Shown here piece after piece: positions 50,698-61,398 of a stretch of DNA of 64,000 nucleotides. The stretch's first letter is position 1. Every line of letters starts with the position of its first letter. Position numbers and translations under genes: made by a program. Origin of the DNA: an uncultured Clostridia bacterium (lineage in GTDB: Bacteria > Bacillota > Clostridia > Oscillospirales > Ruminococcaceae); the NCBI GenBank assembly GCA_947600065.1, contig CANQFZ010000004.1, positions 9,351-73,350 of the forward strand. The letters are read 5' to 3'. Below the pieces are notes generated by a model. The model saw only the letters and a list, made by a program, of their open reading frames with translations. It ran no database searches and was not told the origin of the DNA.

Positions 50698-51388
50698 TTA
50701 CGCGCGGAGAATAATTTCGCTTTTATATCCTAACAGGTGTCCGTTCTGCGGAAAAATAATAAACGCGGACAAGTATATGTGCAAAAGCTGTCCGAATTTT
50801 CTGCCATATGTAAAAAAGCCGCTTTTGCCGCCCGAAAATGTTTCGCGGTTTTATGCGTGCTGTTATTATGCATACAGAGCAAGAACAGCTGTACTCGGTA
50901 TGAAATACAAAGGGCTTATATATCCCGTTGATACTTTTGCACTGATGATGTATAAAAAGATATCGAAAGAGTATGCGGACGCTCTCGTTCCCGTTCCGAG
51001 CGGTTTTATGAGCGTGCGGAAAAGAGGATTTTCCACTGCGGAGAAGATAGCTCAAAGGATATCATGGCGCAGCGGTGTTCCTGTTTTAAAAGCTCTGAAA
51101 GCGCGTGACGATAAGCAAGAGCAGAAAATGCTCAATATGAAAATGCGCATTGAAAACGCAAAGCAGTCTTTTTATATCAATGACAAAGCCGACATTCGCG
51201 GTAAAAAGCTCATTCTGATAGATGATGTCTGCACTACGGGAAGCACGCTTTCGGTTTGCGCGGAGCTTTTGCTGGACGCGGGAGCAGAGGAAGTCATCGC
51301 CGCGGTTTTCGCAAAGACAGTTGACCTGTCACGGAATAAGCGGGAAAGAAAAAAGTTTTTCAAGAAAAAAACGGTTGATTTGAAATAA
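50675..51388 (+). CDS. ComF-family protein
   Basis: CPFCG...CKSC, RGFSTAE and LIDDVCTTGSTL motifs. Confidence 0.88.
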   Translation: MDRLKLYNYARRIISLLYPNRCPFCGKIINADKYMCKSCPNFLPYVKKPLLPPENVSRFYACCYYAYRARTAVLGMKYKGLIYPVDTFALMMYKKISKEYADALVPVPSGFMSVRKRGFSTAEKIAQRISWRSGVPVLKALKARDDKQEQKMLNMKMRIENAKQSFYINDKADIRGKKLILIDDVCTTGSTLSVCAELLLDAGAEEVIAAVFAKTVDLSRNKRERKKFFKKKTVDLK

Positions 51389-51405
51389 TTGAGGTACAAT
51401 AACAT

Positions 51406-52806
51406 ATGACGATAAGGATAACTCCCGAGGAAATTCTGCGCCAGCAGGAATTTTCGCAAAAGGTGAGGGAAATATTTTCTGTTCGTGAAGCATTGCCTTT
51501 GGCACATGTCCACACTTTCGGCTGTCAGCAGAATGTGAGCGACGGAGAGAAAATAAAGGGAATGCTTTCGGAAATGGGCTTTGGATTTTCCGACAGCCCC
51601 GAAAATACGGACATTGTGATATTCAACACCTGTGCTGTGAGAGAAAACGCCGAGGACAGGGTCTTCGGAAATCTCGGAGCACTAAAGCATGACAAGGCAA
51701 AAAACCCCGATATGATAATTGCCGTGTGCGGCTGTATGGTCGAGCAGGAGCATATCGTCGAAAGGATAAAAAAGAGCTTTCCCCATGTGGACATAGTTTT
51801 CGGCACAAACGCTCTGCATACACTGCCCGAACTTATTTACAGAGAGCTTAATGAAAGAAAGCGCATTTTTTCCGTTCCGAAAGAGGGCGGAGTTATAGCC
51901 GAGGGACTTCCGATAAGGAGCGAGAGCGTTATTTCGGCAAATATTCCGATTATGTACGGCTGCAACAATTTTTGCAGCTATTGCATAGTTCCGTATGTAA
52001 GAGGCAGGGAGCGCTCGCGCGAAAAATCGGAAATAATAAAACAGGTAAAACAGGCGGTCGAAAGCGGCGCAAAGGATATCCGGCTTTTGGGGCAGAACGT
52101 AAATTCATACGGAAAAGAACTTGGCACAAATTTTGCAGAGCTTCTGCGGGAGATAAACTCGATTTCGGGAGAATTTCGCATAAGCTATATGTCGAGCCAC
52201 CCCAAGGACGCTACAAAAGAGCTTATAGACGCAATTGCCGAATGTGAAAAAGTTACCAGACATTTTCATCTCCCCGTACAGAGCGGCTCAGACAGAGTGC
52301 TAAAGCTTATGAACAGGCATTATACAAGAGAAGATTATCTCGAAATTGTTGACTATATAAGGGAGAAAATTCCAGATTGTTCGCTGACGTCGGATATTAT
52401 CGTGGGATTTCCAAGTGAAACATATGATGATTTTAAAGAAACGCTTTCACTTGTAGAACGCGTGAGGTTCGATTCGCTTTTTACTTTCATTTTCAGTCTG
52501 CGTAAAGGCACAAAAGCCGAAGAACTGCCCGACCCTGTCACAGCAGAGGAAAAGGGAAAATGGTTTAGAGAGCTGCTCGCCTTGCAGGAAAAAATAGGAA
52601 CAGATATGTACGGAAAATATGTCGGAAAGACTTTTCGCGTATTGTGTATGGGAGAAGGCAGAACTGACAGCTCGCTTCTCACGGGAAAGACTCCGCAGAA
52701 TGTAATAGTAGACTTTGCGGGAGAAAAGGAACTTATCGGGAGCTTTGTAAACGTAAGGATAGATAAAGCGCTCAACTGGGCGCTTTTGGGAACAATAATA
52801 AATTAA
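51406..52806 (+). CDS. miaB: tRNA-2-methylthio-N6-dimethylallyladenosine synthase
   Basis: TFGCQQN, NTCAVRENAE, GCNNFCSYCIVPYVRGRERSR and LLGQNVNSY motifs. Confidence 0.96.
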   Translation: MTIRITPEEILRQQEFSQKVREIFSVREALPLAHVHTFGCQQNVSDGEKIKGMLSEMGFGFSDSPENTDIVIFNTCAVRENAEDRVFGNLGALKHDKAKNPDMIIAVCGCMVEQEHIVERIKKSFPHVDIVFGTNALHTLPELIYRELNERKRIFSVPKEGGVIAEGLPIRSESVISANIPIMYGCNNFCSYCIVPYVRGRERSREKSEIIKQVKQAVESGAKDIRLLGQNVNSYGKELGTNFAELLREINSISGEFRISYMSSHPKDATKELIDAIAECEKVTRHFHLPVQSGSDRVLKLMNRHYTREDYLEIVDYIREKIPDCSLTSDIIVGFPSETYDDFKETLSLVERVRFDSLFTFIFSLRKGTKAEELPDPVTAEEKGKWFRELLALQEKIGTDMYGKYVGKTFRVLCMGEGRTDSSLLTGKTPQNVIVDFAGEKELIGSFVNVRIDKALNWALLGTIIN

Positions 52807-52826
52807 ATTGAACGGAGGATATCATT

Positions 52827-53240
52827 ATGACAGTTATTGAAGCGGCTAGAGCGCTCGGAAAGGCAGTACAGGCGGACGAACGCTATATAGCCTATACAAA
52901 GGCAAAAGAGGCGAACGACGCTGACGAGGGACTTCAGGAGCTTATAGGAGAGTTCAACCTTATCCGTCAGAATGCTGCGCTCGAAAACGGGAAAGACCCC
53001 GTCGATACCGAAAAGGTAAAGGAGCTTAACGTTAAAATGCAGGAAGCTTATGAGAAGGTCATGTCAAACGAGAATATGGCGCTCTTTACAGTCGCAAAGC
53101 AGGGCATGGACACGCTTATGAGCGAGATAAATACGATCCTCACTTATTCCGTAGAGGGAATGGATCCCGAGACTTGCCCGACTGCGCCTCCTTCGGCTGA
53201 TTGTACGGGAAGCTGCTCGACCTGCGGAGGGTGCGGCTGA
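52827..53240 (+). CDS. YlbF/YmcA (RicAF)-family regulator with a Cys-rich tail
   Basis: Helical Com_YlbF-like pattern (ARALGKAVQADERY...LIGEFN); follows miaB as ymcA does in B. subtilis; tail CTGSCSTCGGCG. Confidence 0.8.
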   Translation: MTVIEAARALGKAVQADERYIAYTKAKEANDADEGLQELIGEFNLIRQNAALENGKDPVDTEKVKELNVKMQEAYEKVMSNENMALFTVAKQGMDTLMSEINTILTYSVEGMDPETCPTAPPSADCTGSCSTCGGCG

Positions 53241-53313
53241 GTAAAAACGTTTGAATGGATAACGCCATTCTTACGATGTATTCTGCGTAAATAAAAGAAA
53301 GTCGGTCTGTCAA

Positions 53314-55902
53314 ATGGAAAAAGAAACAGTATCTCCTATGCTCAAGCAATATCTAAGCATAAAAGCGGAATATCCCGAATATATCCTGTTTTTCCGCTTG
53401 GGCGATTTTTATGAAATGTTCTTTGATGACGCGGTAAATGTATCGCGTGAGCTTGAGCTTGTGCTTACCGCGCGGGCAGGCTCTCCTATGTGCGGAGTGC
53501 CTTATCACAGCAGCGAGATATACATAAAAAAGCTGATAGACAAAGGATTTAAAGTAGCTATTTGTGAGCAACTGACCGACCCTAAGACGACAAAGGGACT
53601 TGTCGAGCGCGGAGTTATAAGGCTCGTGACGGCGGGAACGGTTGTCGAAGATTCAATGCTCAGCGAGGACAAGAACAACTATATCGCGAGCATTTTCGCC
53701 GAGGGCGACGGCGTAGGAATGGTCTTTGCGGACATATCAACGGGAGAGATAAACGTCTATGAAAAGCACGGGAAAAACCGCGAAGCCGAGATAATTTCCG
53801 AGCTTTCGGGATTTAGCCCCGTCGAGATACTTATAAACCAAAACTTTCTCGACCTAAAAAACATATCCTCGTTTATTACAGCGAATATGAGAAACAGCTC
53901 CTGCGAGCTGTGCGACGATGAAAAATTCGACAATTCGGATATTACCGCCATAACCGCGCAGTTTGAAAATGTATCGGACATTTCTGCGATAGGTATAGGT
54001 TCAATGCCGCTTGTCCAAAAGGCGATGTGCGCGCTTTTCAGATATGTGGGGGATACCTACAAGGAGACCGTAAAGCGGTTTACGTCCGTTCATGTGCAGA
54101 GCAAAAAGGAGTTTATGGATCTCGGCTTTAATGCCCGCCGAAATCTTGAACTTTGTGAAACAATGCGCACGGGAAACAAGCGCGGGTCGCTTTTGTACGT
54201 TATAGACAAGACCGTAACAAGCATGGGCAGGAGAAGACTGCGTTCGTGGGTAGAGCGTCCGCTGGCAGATCACTCAAAGATACTTTCACGGCTTGACGCA
54301 GTAGACGAGCTTATGAAAAACTCCGCGGCTCTTTCAGATGTCCGCGAAGCGCTGAAGAACATACACGATATCGAGCGGCTTATGTCAAGGATAGCATATA
54401 AGACCGCAAATCCTCGCGATATTTATTCAATGGGAAAAACTCTTTCGGCTATTCCTGCCGTAAAAACGGCGCTCGGAAAATTAGGCTCGCGACTTCTCAC
54501 TAAGCTTAATTCCGAGATAAGCGAAAGCGCTGACGTTGCGCGCCTTATTGAAAACTCTATTTCGGACGAACCGCCCATGATTTTAAAGGACGGGGGAGTT
54601 ATAAAAGACGGCTTCAATGATGAGATAGACAGACTGCGTTCCGTTTCGGGAGGCGCAGAGAACATACTCCGCGAGCTTGAAGCCCGTGAGCGTGAAAAAA
54701 CAGGAATACGTACTCTCAGAGTTGGCTCAAACCACGTTTTCGGTTATTATATCGAGGTATCAAACAGCTTTAAGGACAAAGTTCCCAAAAATTATATCAG
54801 AAAACAGACGCTTACAAACGGCGAGCGATTTATAACCGAAGAGCTGAAAAAGATTGAAGGGGAGATACTTGGCGCAAATGAAAAGCTTCTTGCGCTCGAA
54901 CAGTCGATTTTTGCGGAGATACGCGACTATGTAGGAACAAAGCTTGCCGAGATACAGCAGACCGCCTATGCTTTGTCGCAGGTCGACGCGCTGTGTTCGT
55001 TCGCACAAGTATCGCTTGAAAACGGTTATGTAAAGCCCGAAATAACGCTCGAAAGCGTTATAGACATAAAGGACGGACGACACCCTGTCGTTGAAAATAT
55101 AGCCGTTGACGGACAGTTTACGCCGAACGACGTCTATCTTGACAATTCCGATAACAAGCTTCTTATTATCACAGGACCGAATATGTCGGGAAAATCTACG
55201 TTTATGCGCCAGACCGCGATAATTGTTCTTATGGCGCAGATAGGGTGTTTTGTTCCCGCAAGCTATGCGAAGATAGGCGTTGTGGACAAGATATTCACAA
55301 GAGTTGGCGCGTCAGATGACCTTACCGCAGGACAGTCTACGTTTATGGTCGAGATGAACGAGGTCGCCGATATCCTTAAAAACGCCACGCAAAACAGCCT
55401 TGTGATCCTCGACGAGATAGGACGCGGAACATCTACCTTTGACGGTATATCCATTGCAAAGTCCGTCGCGGAATATATCGTTTCAAAAATAGGCGCAAAA
55501 ACGCTTTTCGCTACGCATTATCACGAGCTTATCGCAATGGAAAAGGAATATAAGGGAGTAAAGAATTTCAGCGTTGCCGTTACAAAACGAGGCGACGATA
55601 TAAAGTTTTTGCATAAAATAATCCCCGGAGGCACCGACGACAGCTACGGAATAGAAGTCGCAAAGCTGGCGGGACTTCCGAACAAAGTCGTCGAGCGCGC
55701 AAAAGCAGAGCTTAAAGACCTTGAGATAAGCGGAAAGGTAAAGTTGGCGGAGACGCTTGAAAAGGGAAAGAACAACCAGATAAGCCTTGTAGCAGTTGAA
55801 GAGCAGAATGTCCTTGCAAGATTGCGCTCGGTAGATATAAATACCGTTACGCCGATGGACGCGCTTTTGTTTTTGAAAGAACTTAAAGAAAGCCTAAAGT
55901 AG
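53314..55902 (+). CDS. mutS: DNA mismatch repair protein MutS
   Basis: FFRLGDFYEMF, TGPNMSGKST, STFMVEM and DEIGRGTST motifs. Confidence 0.98.
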   Translation: MEKETVSPMLKQYLSIKAEYPEYILFFRLGDFYEMFFDDAVNVSRELELVLTARAGSPMCGVPYHSSEIYIKKLIDKGFKVAICEQLTDPKTTKGLVERGVIRLVTAGTVVEDSMLSEDKNNYIASIFAEGDGVGMVFADISTGEINVYEKHGKNREAEIISELSGFSPVEILINQNFLDLKNISSFITANMRNSSCELCDDEKFDNSDITAITAQFENVSDISAIGIGSMPLVQKAMCALFRYVGDTYKETVKRFTSVHVQSKKEFMDLGFNARRNLELCETMRTGNKRGSLLYVIDKTVTSMGRRRLRSWVERPLADHSKILSRLDAVDELMKNSAALSDVREALKNIHDIERLMSRIAYKTANPRDIYSMGKTLSAIPAVKTALGKLGSRLLTKLNSEISESADVARLIENSISDEPPMILKDGGVIKDGFNDEIDRLRSVSGGAENILRELEAREREKTGIRTLRVGSNHVFGYYIEVSNSFKDKVPKNYIRKQTLTNGERFITEELKKIEGEILGANEKLLALEQSIFAEIRDYVGTKLAEIQQTAYALSQVDALCSFAQVSLENGYVKPEITLESVIDIKDGRHPVVENIAVDGQFTPNDVYLDNSDNKLLIITGPNMSGKSTFMRQTAIIVLMAQIGCFVPASYAKIGVVDKIFTRVGASDDLTAGQSTFMVEMNEVADILKNATQNSLVILDEIGRGTSTFDGISIAKSVAEYIVSKIGAKTLFATHYHELIAMEKEYKGVKNFSVAVTKRGDDIKFLHKIIPGGTDDSYGIEVAKLAGLPNKVVERAKAELKDLEISGKVKLAETLEKGKNNQISLVAVEEQNVLARLRSVDINTVTPMDALLFLKELKESLK

Positions 55903-55954
55903 ATAAAACCGCGGAAAAGTCAGATCTCAGAATGTAGAATGAAACGGAGTAATA

Positions 55955-57847
55955 ATGCCTAAGATAAATCAGCTTGATAAAAGCGTATACGAGCTTATAG
56001 CGGCGGGCGAAGTCATAGAACGCCCGTCGTCGGTCATAAAAGAGCTTTGCGAAAATTCGATAGACGCGGGTGCTAAAAATATCTGTGTTGAGATAAAGCG
56101 CGGCGGTATCTCGTATATGAGAGTTACAGACGACGGCTGCGGTATCTCTTATGAGGATATGCCGCTTGCGTTTATGCGCCATGCAACAAGCAAGGTCCTT
56201 TCCGCTCATGACCTTGAAAACATAAATACACTTGGCTTCAGAGGGGAAGCTCTTGCGTCTGTCTGCGCGGTGTCGCGCGTTGAGGCAATAAGCAGGAGAG
56301 CCGTGGACAAGCTTGGCGTTTCTTACAAAATGGAGGGCGGTGCGCCCACGGAATACGACAGAATAGGCTGCGCCGAGGGCACTACCATAATTATCCGCGA
56401 TCTGTTTTACAACACTCCCGCGCGCCTTAAATTCCTGAAAAAAGATGTGACAGAGGGAAATTATATCTCAAACGTTGTGGAAAAGCTCGCTCTCTCACAC
56501 CCCGATATCTCTATAAGGTTTATCCGCGACGGCAAACAGACCATACTTACTTCGGGCGACGGGAGCTTTTACAGCACGATACACGCGGTACTCGGAAAAC
56601 AGTTCGCCGCGTCGATGATACCTGTTGAAAATATCTACCGAGAGATAGGCGTTACGGGATATGTAAGCTCTCCGCTTTTTACGAGATCAAACCGCACAAT
56701 GCAGAATTTCTTCGTAAACGGACGCAGCGTAAAAAGTCCGCTCTGCTGCGCGGCACTCGAAGAAGCTTTCAGAAACAATATCATGGTCGGAAAATTTCCC
56801 GCCTGTGTTCTTTGCATAAACATAGATCCCGCGCTTCTTGACGCAAACATATCTCCCGCAAAGACCGAGGTTCGGTTTTCAAACGAAAAAGCCGTTTTTG
56901 ACGCTATCTATTTTGCCGTCAAAAATTCGATAACGGGCTATGATGAGAGCCGCGAGATAAAGCTGTCAAATGAAACAAACAACAGTGTTTCTACGGTGCT
57001 TATACCTACCGTAAAAGTCCCCGTAGGAAACGAGATCTTTTCCGTACAAAAGCCCGCACCTGCCCCCGAGAGCTTTTATAAAAAGCCCGAAGTAAAAGCC
57101 GTCCAGCCGACGCTTTCGGGAGAAACACTTTCGGACGAGAGAGAAAAGACTATTCCCGCTCCGCGAATTATCCAAAGCGAACAGCCCGATCTCAGCGGAT
57201 TTTCGTTCATTTCGGAAAAGTCGTTTGAAAAGCGAGAAGTTCCCATAAAAGAAGAAGCGGAAGAAGTCCGCGCCGAGCCTTTGGATATTCGCGTAATAGG
57301 CGAGCTTTTCAAGACCTATATACTTTGCGAAAGCAGAGATACTCTGATCCTTATCGACAAACATGCCGCGCATGAGCGGATAAATTTCGAGCGGTTCAAG
57401 CGCGGAACGGATATCCACGGTCAGCTTCTGATAGAGCCGAAAGAGGTATTTCTGAGCGCAGAGGAGTTTGAAGCAGTAAAATGCTTTAAAGAGCAGCTTG
57501 AAAACACGGGAATACTCATAAAGCTCACAGACGACGGAAAAGTTTTTGTAGAGGGAGTTCCCCAGTCGCTTGAGGGGAGCGACCCCGAAGACCTTATACA
57601 GAGCATAGCCGAAATACTTGCTTCGGGAAACGACAACGCCGAGGGCGTGCTGTTTGACGATGTTCTACATACAATGGCGTGCAAGGCGAGCATTCGTGCA
57701 AACGAAACGCAGAGCATAGCAGAGCTTACTTTTCTGGCAAAAGAGGTATTGAAAAATAACGACATACGCTATTGCCCCCACGGCAGACCCGTTATAACGC
57801 AGATATCAAAGCGGCAGATAGAGCGTTATTTCGGTAGGATACAATAA
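55955..57847 (+). CDS. mutL: DNA mismatch repair protein MutL
   Basis: IAAGEVIERP, GFRGEAL, IDKHAAHER, ACKASIR and CPHGRP motifs. Confidence 0.98.
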   Translation: MPKINQLDKSVYELIAAGEVIERPSSVIKELCENSIDAGAKNICVEIKRGGISYMRVTDDGCGISYEDMPLAFMRHATSKVLSAHDLENINTLGFRGEALASVCAVSRVEAISRRAVDKLGVSYKMEGGAPTEYDRIGCAEGTTIIIRDLFYNTPARLKFLKKDVTEGNYISNVVEKLALSHPDISIRFIRDGKQTILTSGDGSFYSTIHAVLGKQFAASMIPVENIYREIGVTGYVSSPLFTRSNRTMQNFFVNGRSVKSPLCCAALEEAFRNNIMVGKFPACVLCINIDPALLDANISPAKTEVRFSNEKAVFDAIYFAVKNSITGYDESREIKLSNETNNSVSTVLIPTVKVPVGNEIFSVQKPAPAPESFYKKPEVKAVQPTLSGETLSDEREKTIPAPRIIQSEQPDLSGFSFISEKSFEKREVPIKEEAEEVRAEPLDIRVIGELFKTYILCESRDTLILIDKHAAHERINFERFKRGTDIHGQLLIEPKEVFLSAEEFEAVKCFKEQLENTGILIKLTDDGKVFVEGVPQSLEGSDPEDLIQSIAEILASGNDNAEGVLFDDVLHTMACKASIRANETQSIAELTFLAKEVLKNNDIRYCPHGRPVITQISKRQIERYFGRIQ

Positions 57848-57849
57848 CT

Positions 57850-57979
57850 CAGACTGCAGATAAAGCCCCATCTGCTGTGTCAGAAGCCCAGCGGCAGGCA
57901 CAAAGCCTAGCCGCAGGACTTCTTCCTTGCATCCGGGACTTTCTCTGCAGTCTGAAAGTTGACTTTTTTATACAAACTG
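57850..57979 (+). mobile_element. MITE-like repeat copy 6 (short form, 130 bp)
   Basis: Same termini with the compensatory change CTGCA/TGCAG; AACT on both sides. Confidence 0.85.
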
Positions 57980-57983
57980 AACT

Positions 57984-58027
57984 CAGACTGCAGATAAAGC
58001 CTGAAATTTGACTTGTTATACAGCATG
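57984..58027 (+). mobile_element. Internally deleted tandem MITE copy (44 bp)
   Basis: CAGACTGCAGATAAAGC joined directly to CTGAAATTTGACTTGTTATACAGCATG. Confidence 0.75.
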
Positions 58028-58048
58028 AATATTTAAGGGTTGATATAA

Positions 58049-58999
58049 TTGAAAAAAATAATTGTTGTCTGCGGACCTACCGCTTCGGGGAAAACCGCGC
58101 TGTCGGTTGAGCTTGCGAAAATTTACGGCGGCGAGATAATATCCGCCGACAGTATGCAGATATATACCGATATGGACATTGCTTCGGCAAAAGCTACCCC
58201 CAAAGAACAGCAGGGCATACCCCACCACCTCATGGGTTTTCTAAACCCGAGCGAGAGCTTTTCAGTCGCGGATTATGTAAAGTTGTGCAGGGAAAAGGCA
58301 AACGACATTATTTCACGCGGAAAAATGCCGATAATATGCGGCGGCACGGGGCTTTATATAAGCTCGTTTATTGATAACCTTATATTTGACGAAAGCGGAC
58401 AGGATTATGAATTCCGTGAGGAAATGAGGAAATTTGCCGAGGAAAACGGAGCAAAAGCGCTTCTTGAAAAATTGAAAGAGGTAGACCCCGAGACCGCTGA
58501 GACTCTGCACGAAAACAATATCGGCAGGATAATCCGCGCGCTCGAAGTCTATAAAACCACGGGACATACCATTTCCGAGGCAAAAAGAAATTCCCGCAGA
58601 GAGCCTTCGCCGTATGAGTTTATAATGATATTTCTTGATCTTGCAGACCGTGAGCAGCTGAAAGACAGGATAAACAGGCGCGTTGACGATATGATAAAGC
58701 GCGGACTTTTGGAAGAAGCGCGGGCTTGCTTTATTCAGAAAGACCGCCCGACAGCTGCGCAGGCAATAGGCATAAAAGAGCTTTATCCCTATATACAAAA
58801 TGAAAAAACGCTCGATGAGTGCATAGAAGAAATAAAGCTCCGCACCCGTCAGTATGCCAAAAGACAGCTCACTTGGTTCAGGCGCGACAGCCGAATGAAC
58901 AGATTAGTAATTGAAAACGGCGACAGCCTCGCTGATGTTGTCGCAAAAGCAAGAGATATCATTGACGACAACTTACAGAATATGGAAATCAAAAGCTGA
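58049..58999 (+). CDS. miaA: tRNA dimethylallyltransferase
   Basis: GPTASGKT, SADSMQIY, GGTGLY and TRQYAKRQLTWF motifs. Confidence 0.97.
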   Translation: MKKIIVVCGPTASGKTALSVELAKIYGGEIISADSMQIYTDMDIASAKATPKEQQGIPHHLMGFLNPSESFSVADYVKLCREKANDIISRGKMPIICGGTGLYISSFIDNLIFDESGQDYEFREEMRKFAEENGAKALLEKLKEVDPETAETLHENNIGRIIRALEVYKTTGHTISEAKRNSRREPSPYEFIMIFLDLADREQLKDRINRRVDDMIKRGLLEEARACFIQKDRPTAAQAIGIKELYPYIQNEKTLDECIEEIKLRTRQYAKRQLTWFRRDSRMNRLVIENGDSLADVVAKARDIIDDNLQNMEIKS

Positions 59000-59201
59000 A
59001 ATTAAAAAAAATTTTGAAAAAATGTTGCTTTTTTATAGAAAATTTATAAATTTTTATAAAAAAAGTATAGCATTTTTTGAACAAATGTGTTATACTGTAT
59101 GTATATAGTTGGGGAACGTTCGTTTTTTCGGACGCGACACCGATGAAATGCGGACAAGTTTAAAGAGATCCGCTTTCAATACAGAGAGAAAAGGTGATAT
59201 T

Positions 59202-59447
59202 ATGGCAAAGGACATCAATTTACAGGACGTTTTTTTAAACCAGGCAAGAAAGGACAAAATTCCCGTTACGATCTACATTACAAACGGATTTCAGTTTAAG
59301 GGCATCGTAAAGGGATTTGACAACTATACCGTCATTCTTGACACAGACGGAAAGCAAAATCTCATTTACAAACACGCTATTTCAACCATTACGCCGTTTA
59401 AGCCTGTTTCGATACTTGACGCTTATGAAAAGGGCGGAGAGGAATAA
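59202..59447 (+). CDS. hfq: RNA chaperone Hfq
   Basis: [25 protein letters not shown] and YKHAISTI motifs; miaA-hfq synteny. Confidence 0.97.
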   Translation: MAKDINLQDVFLNQARKDKIPVTIYITNGFQFKGIVKGFDNYTVILDTDGKQNLIYKHAISTITPFKPVSILDAYEKGGEE

Positions 59448-59481
59448 AGGCTGCCTTTGTGATACGGAGGTGAGCTTTTAG

Positions 59482-60693
59482 GTGAAGTCGGCGTGGACAA
59501 GAGCCATATTGTTTATAGTTTCGGCGTTCGTTATCATTATTGCTGTTGGTCAGATTTTTTTCTCGACGGGCAGCACCTTGAAAACGGAGACCGCGTTTAG
59601 TTATGACTATGATGAAGAGATACCGTTTACGGGCGTGTTTATGCGCGATGAAACCATTGTATATGACGACAGCGACGGGTATCTGAGCTATGAGCATGAC
59701 GACGGGATAAAGGTCGGAAAAAGCACGGTTATCGCAAAGCGCTATAAAAACAGCGAGGATATTGCAAGAAGCCGTGAGATAGAGCAGATAAAAAAGCAGA
59801 TAGAAATGCTGGAGAGCGCGGAAAAGCTCATAGGAACAGACAGTTCCCAGCTTGAGGCGATCTCGGCTCAAATAAACGAGAGCCACGCTTCCGTTATTGA
59901 CAGCATTTTAAACGGGAATTATTCGGATGTTTCAAAATATGGAAACGAACTTTTGTGCGCAATGTGCAAGCGCGAGATAACTTTAAAGGAAAGCAGCGGC
60001 TATGAGGAAAAGAAAAACGCCTTGAGGCAGAGAGCTTCCCGGCTTGAAACGCTTGTTTCCGACAGCTCACACGACGTAGTGGCGGGCGGCACGGGTTATT
60101 TTGTTAGCGGCATAGACGGATATGAGGGAGAAATAGGTTATTCCGATTTTGACGCTCTTACAGAAGACAAAATAAACGGGATAATAGAAACCCCCTCAAA
60201 ACAGCCCGAGCAGAACGCTGTCGGAAAGCTTGTGTCGGATTATCGCTGGAGAGCTGCGGCAGTTATCGAAGAGCAAAAAATGTTCGGTATTGGCGAAGGC
60301 TCGGAGGTAGTCGTAAGGATCGGTTCGGGTTCAAGACTGCTGAAAGCAACGGTCGTTTCCAAAAAAGAGTGCGGAAACGGGAAAGCTATATACGTTTTCG
60401 AGTGCGACGACCTTATTCCCGAAACGATGTCTTCTAGGACGGCGAGCTTCAAGCTTGTGCTCAAGAGCTACGGCGGACTGAGAGTATCTAACAGTGCGCT
60501 GCACAATAACGATAAAAACGAGCTGGGCGTTTATATAAAGCGAGAGAACAAGCTGTACTTTAAAAAGGTCAACGTTCAGTATTGGGGCGAGGATTACGTA
60601 ATTTGCACACAGGAGACCGACAGCGATTATCTTAAGCTCTACGACAGCGTTGTTACAGAAGGCAAGGACCTCTACGATGGAAAAATTGTTTGA
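59482..60693 (+). CDS. Membrane-anchored coiled-coil protein (HlyD/adaptor-like, clostridial)
   Basis: GTG start with RBS GGAGGTG; N-terminal TM; GTGYFVSGIDGYE; precedes yggS. Confidence 0.7.
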   Translation: MKSAWTRAILFIVSAFVIIIAVGQIFFSTGSTLKTETAFSYDYDEEIPFTGVFMRDETIVYDDSDGYLSYEHDDGIKVGKSTVIAKRYKNSEDIARSREIEQIKKQIEMLESAEKLIGTDSSQLEAISAQINESHASVIDSILNGNYSDVSKYGNELLCAMCKREITLKESSGYEEKKNALRQRASRLETLVSDSSHDVVAGGTGYFVSGIDGYEGEIGYSDFDALTEDKINGIIETPSKQPEQNAVGKLVSDYRWRAAAVIEEQKMFGIGEGSEVVVRIGSGSRLLKATVVSKKECGNGKAIYVFECDDLIPETMSSRTASFKLVLKSYGGLRVSNSALHNNDKNELGVYIKRENKLYFKKVNVQYWGEDYVICTQETDSDYLKLYDSVVTEGKDLYDGKIV

Positions 60694-61381
60694 TGTGGAA
60701 TTTTCCGATATCCGCGAGAATTACGGGATAATCCGCGAAAATATAGAAAAGGCAACGGCACTTTCAAGCCGCCATGACGAAGTAAAGCTGATGGCGGTGA
60801 CAAAGACAGTGCCGCCCGAAAGGGTGAATTTTGCGGTAGGGCTGGGGATAAAGCTCCTCGGCGAAAACCGCGTACAGGAGTACCTTGAAAAGCGCGAAAG
60901 CTACGCGCCTGCAGAGGTCCACTTTATCGGCTCGCTTCAGACCAATAAAGTGAAGTACATTATTGATAAGGTTTCAATGATACATTCCGTAGACAGTCTG
61001 CATCTGGCGCAGGAGATAGACAGACGCGCCGAGCAGCACGGAGTTGTTATGGATATTCTCGCCGAGATAAATATAGGCGGGGAAGAAACAAAAGGCGGTA
61101 TCCTTTACGAAAGCGCAAAAAGCTTTTGCGAGGAATTGGAAACGCTTAAAAACATAAGGCTCAGAGGTCTTATGACTATCCCGCCCGCAGGGTGCGGGGA
61201 AGAAGTTTTCGCTCGTATGCATGACCTTTTTGAGGAAATAAAGGCAGAGCGAAAAGGGGGACTGTTCGATACTCTTTCGATGGGAATGTCGGGAGATTAT
61301 CAGACGGCAATAAAACACGGGGCAACCATTGTCCGAATAGGTTCAGCGCTGTTCGGGCAAAGGAAATACAATAATAAATAA
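60677..61381 (+). CDS. yggS: PLP homeostasis protein (YggS/YlmE)
   Basis: AVTKTV, GENRVQE, HFIGSLQTNKVK, SMGMSGD and VRIGSALFG motifs. Confidence 0.95.
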   Translation: MEKLFDVEFSDIRENYGIIRENIEKATALSSRHDEVKLMAVTKTVPPERVNFAVGLGIKLLGENRVQEYLEKRESYAPAEVHFIGSLQTNKVKYIIDKVSMIHSVDSLHLAQEIDRRAEQHGVVMDILAEINIGGEETKGGILYESAKSFCEELETLKNIRLRGLMTIPPAGCGEEVFARMHDLFEEIKAERKGGLFDTLSMGMSGDYQTAIKHGATIVRIGSALFGQRKYNNK

Positions 61382-61398
61382 TTGGGAGGAAATTTAAA

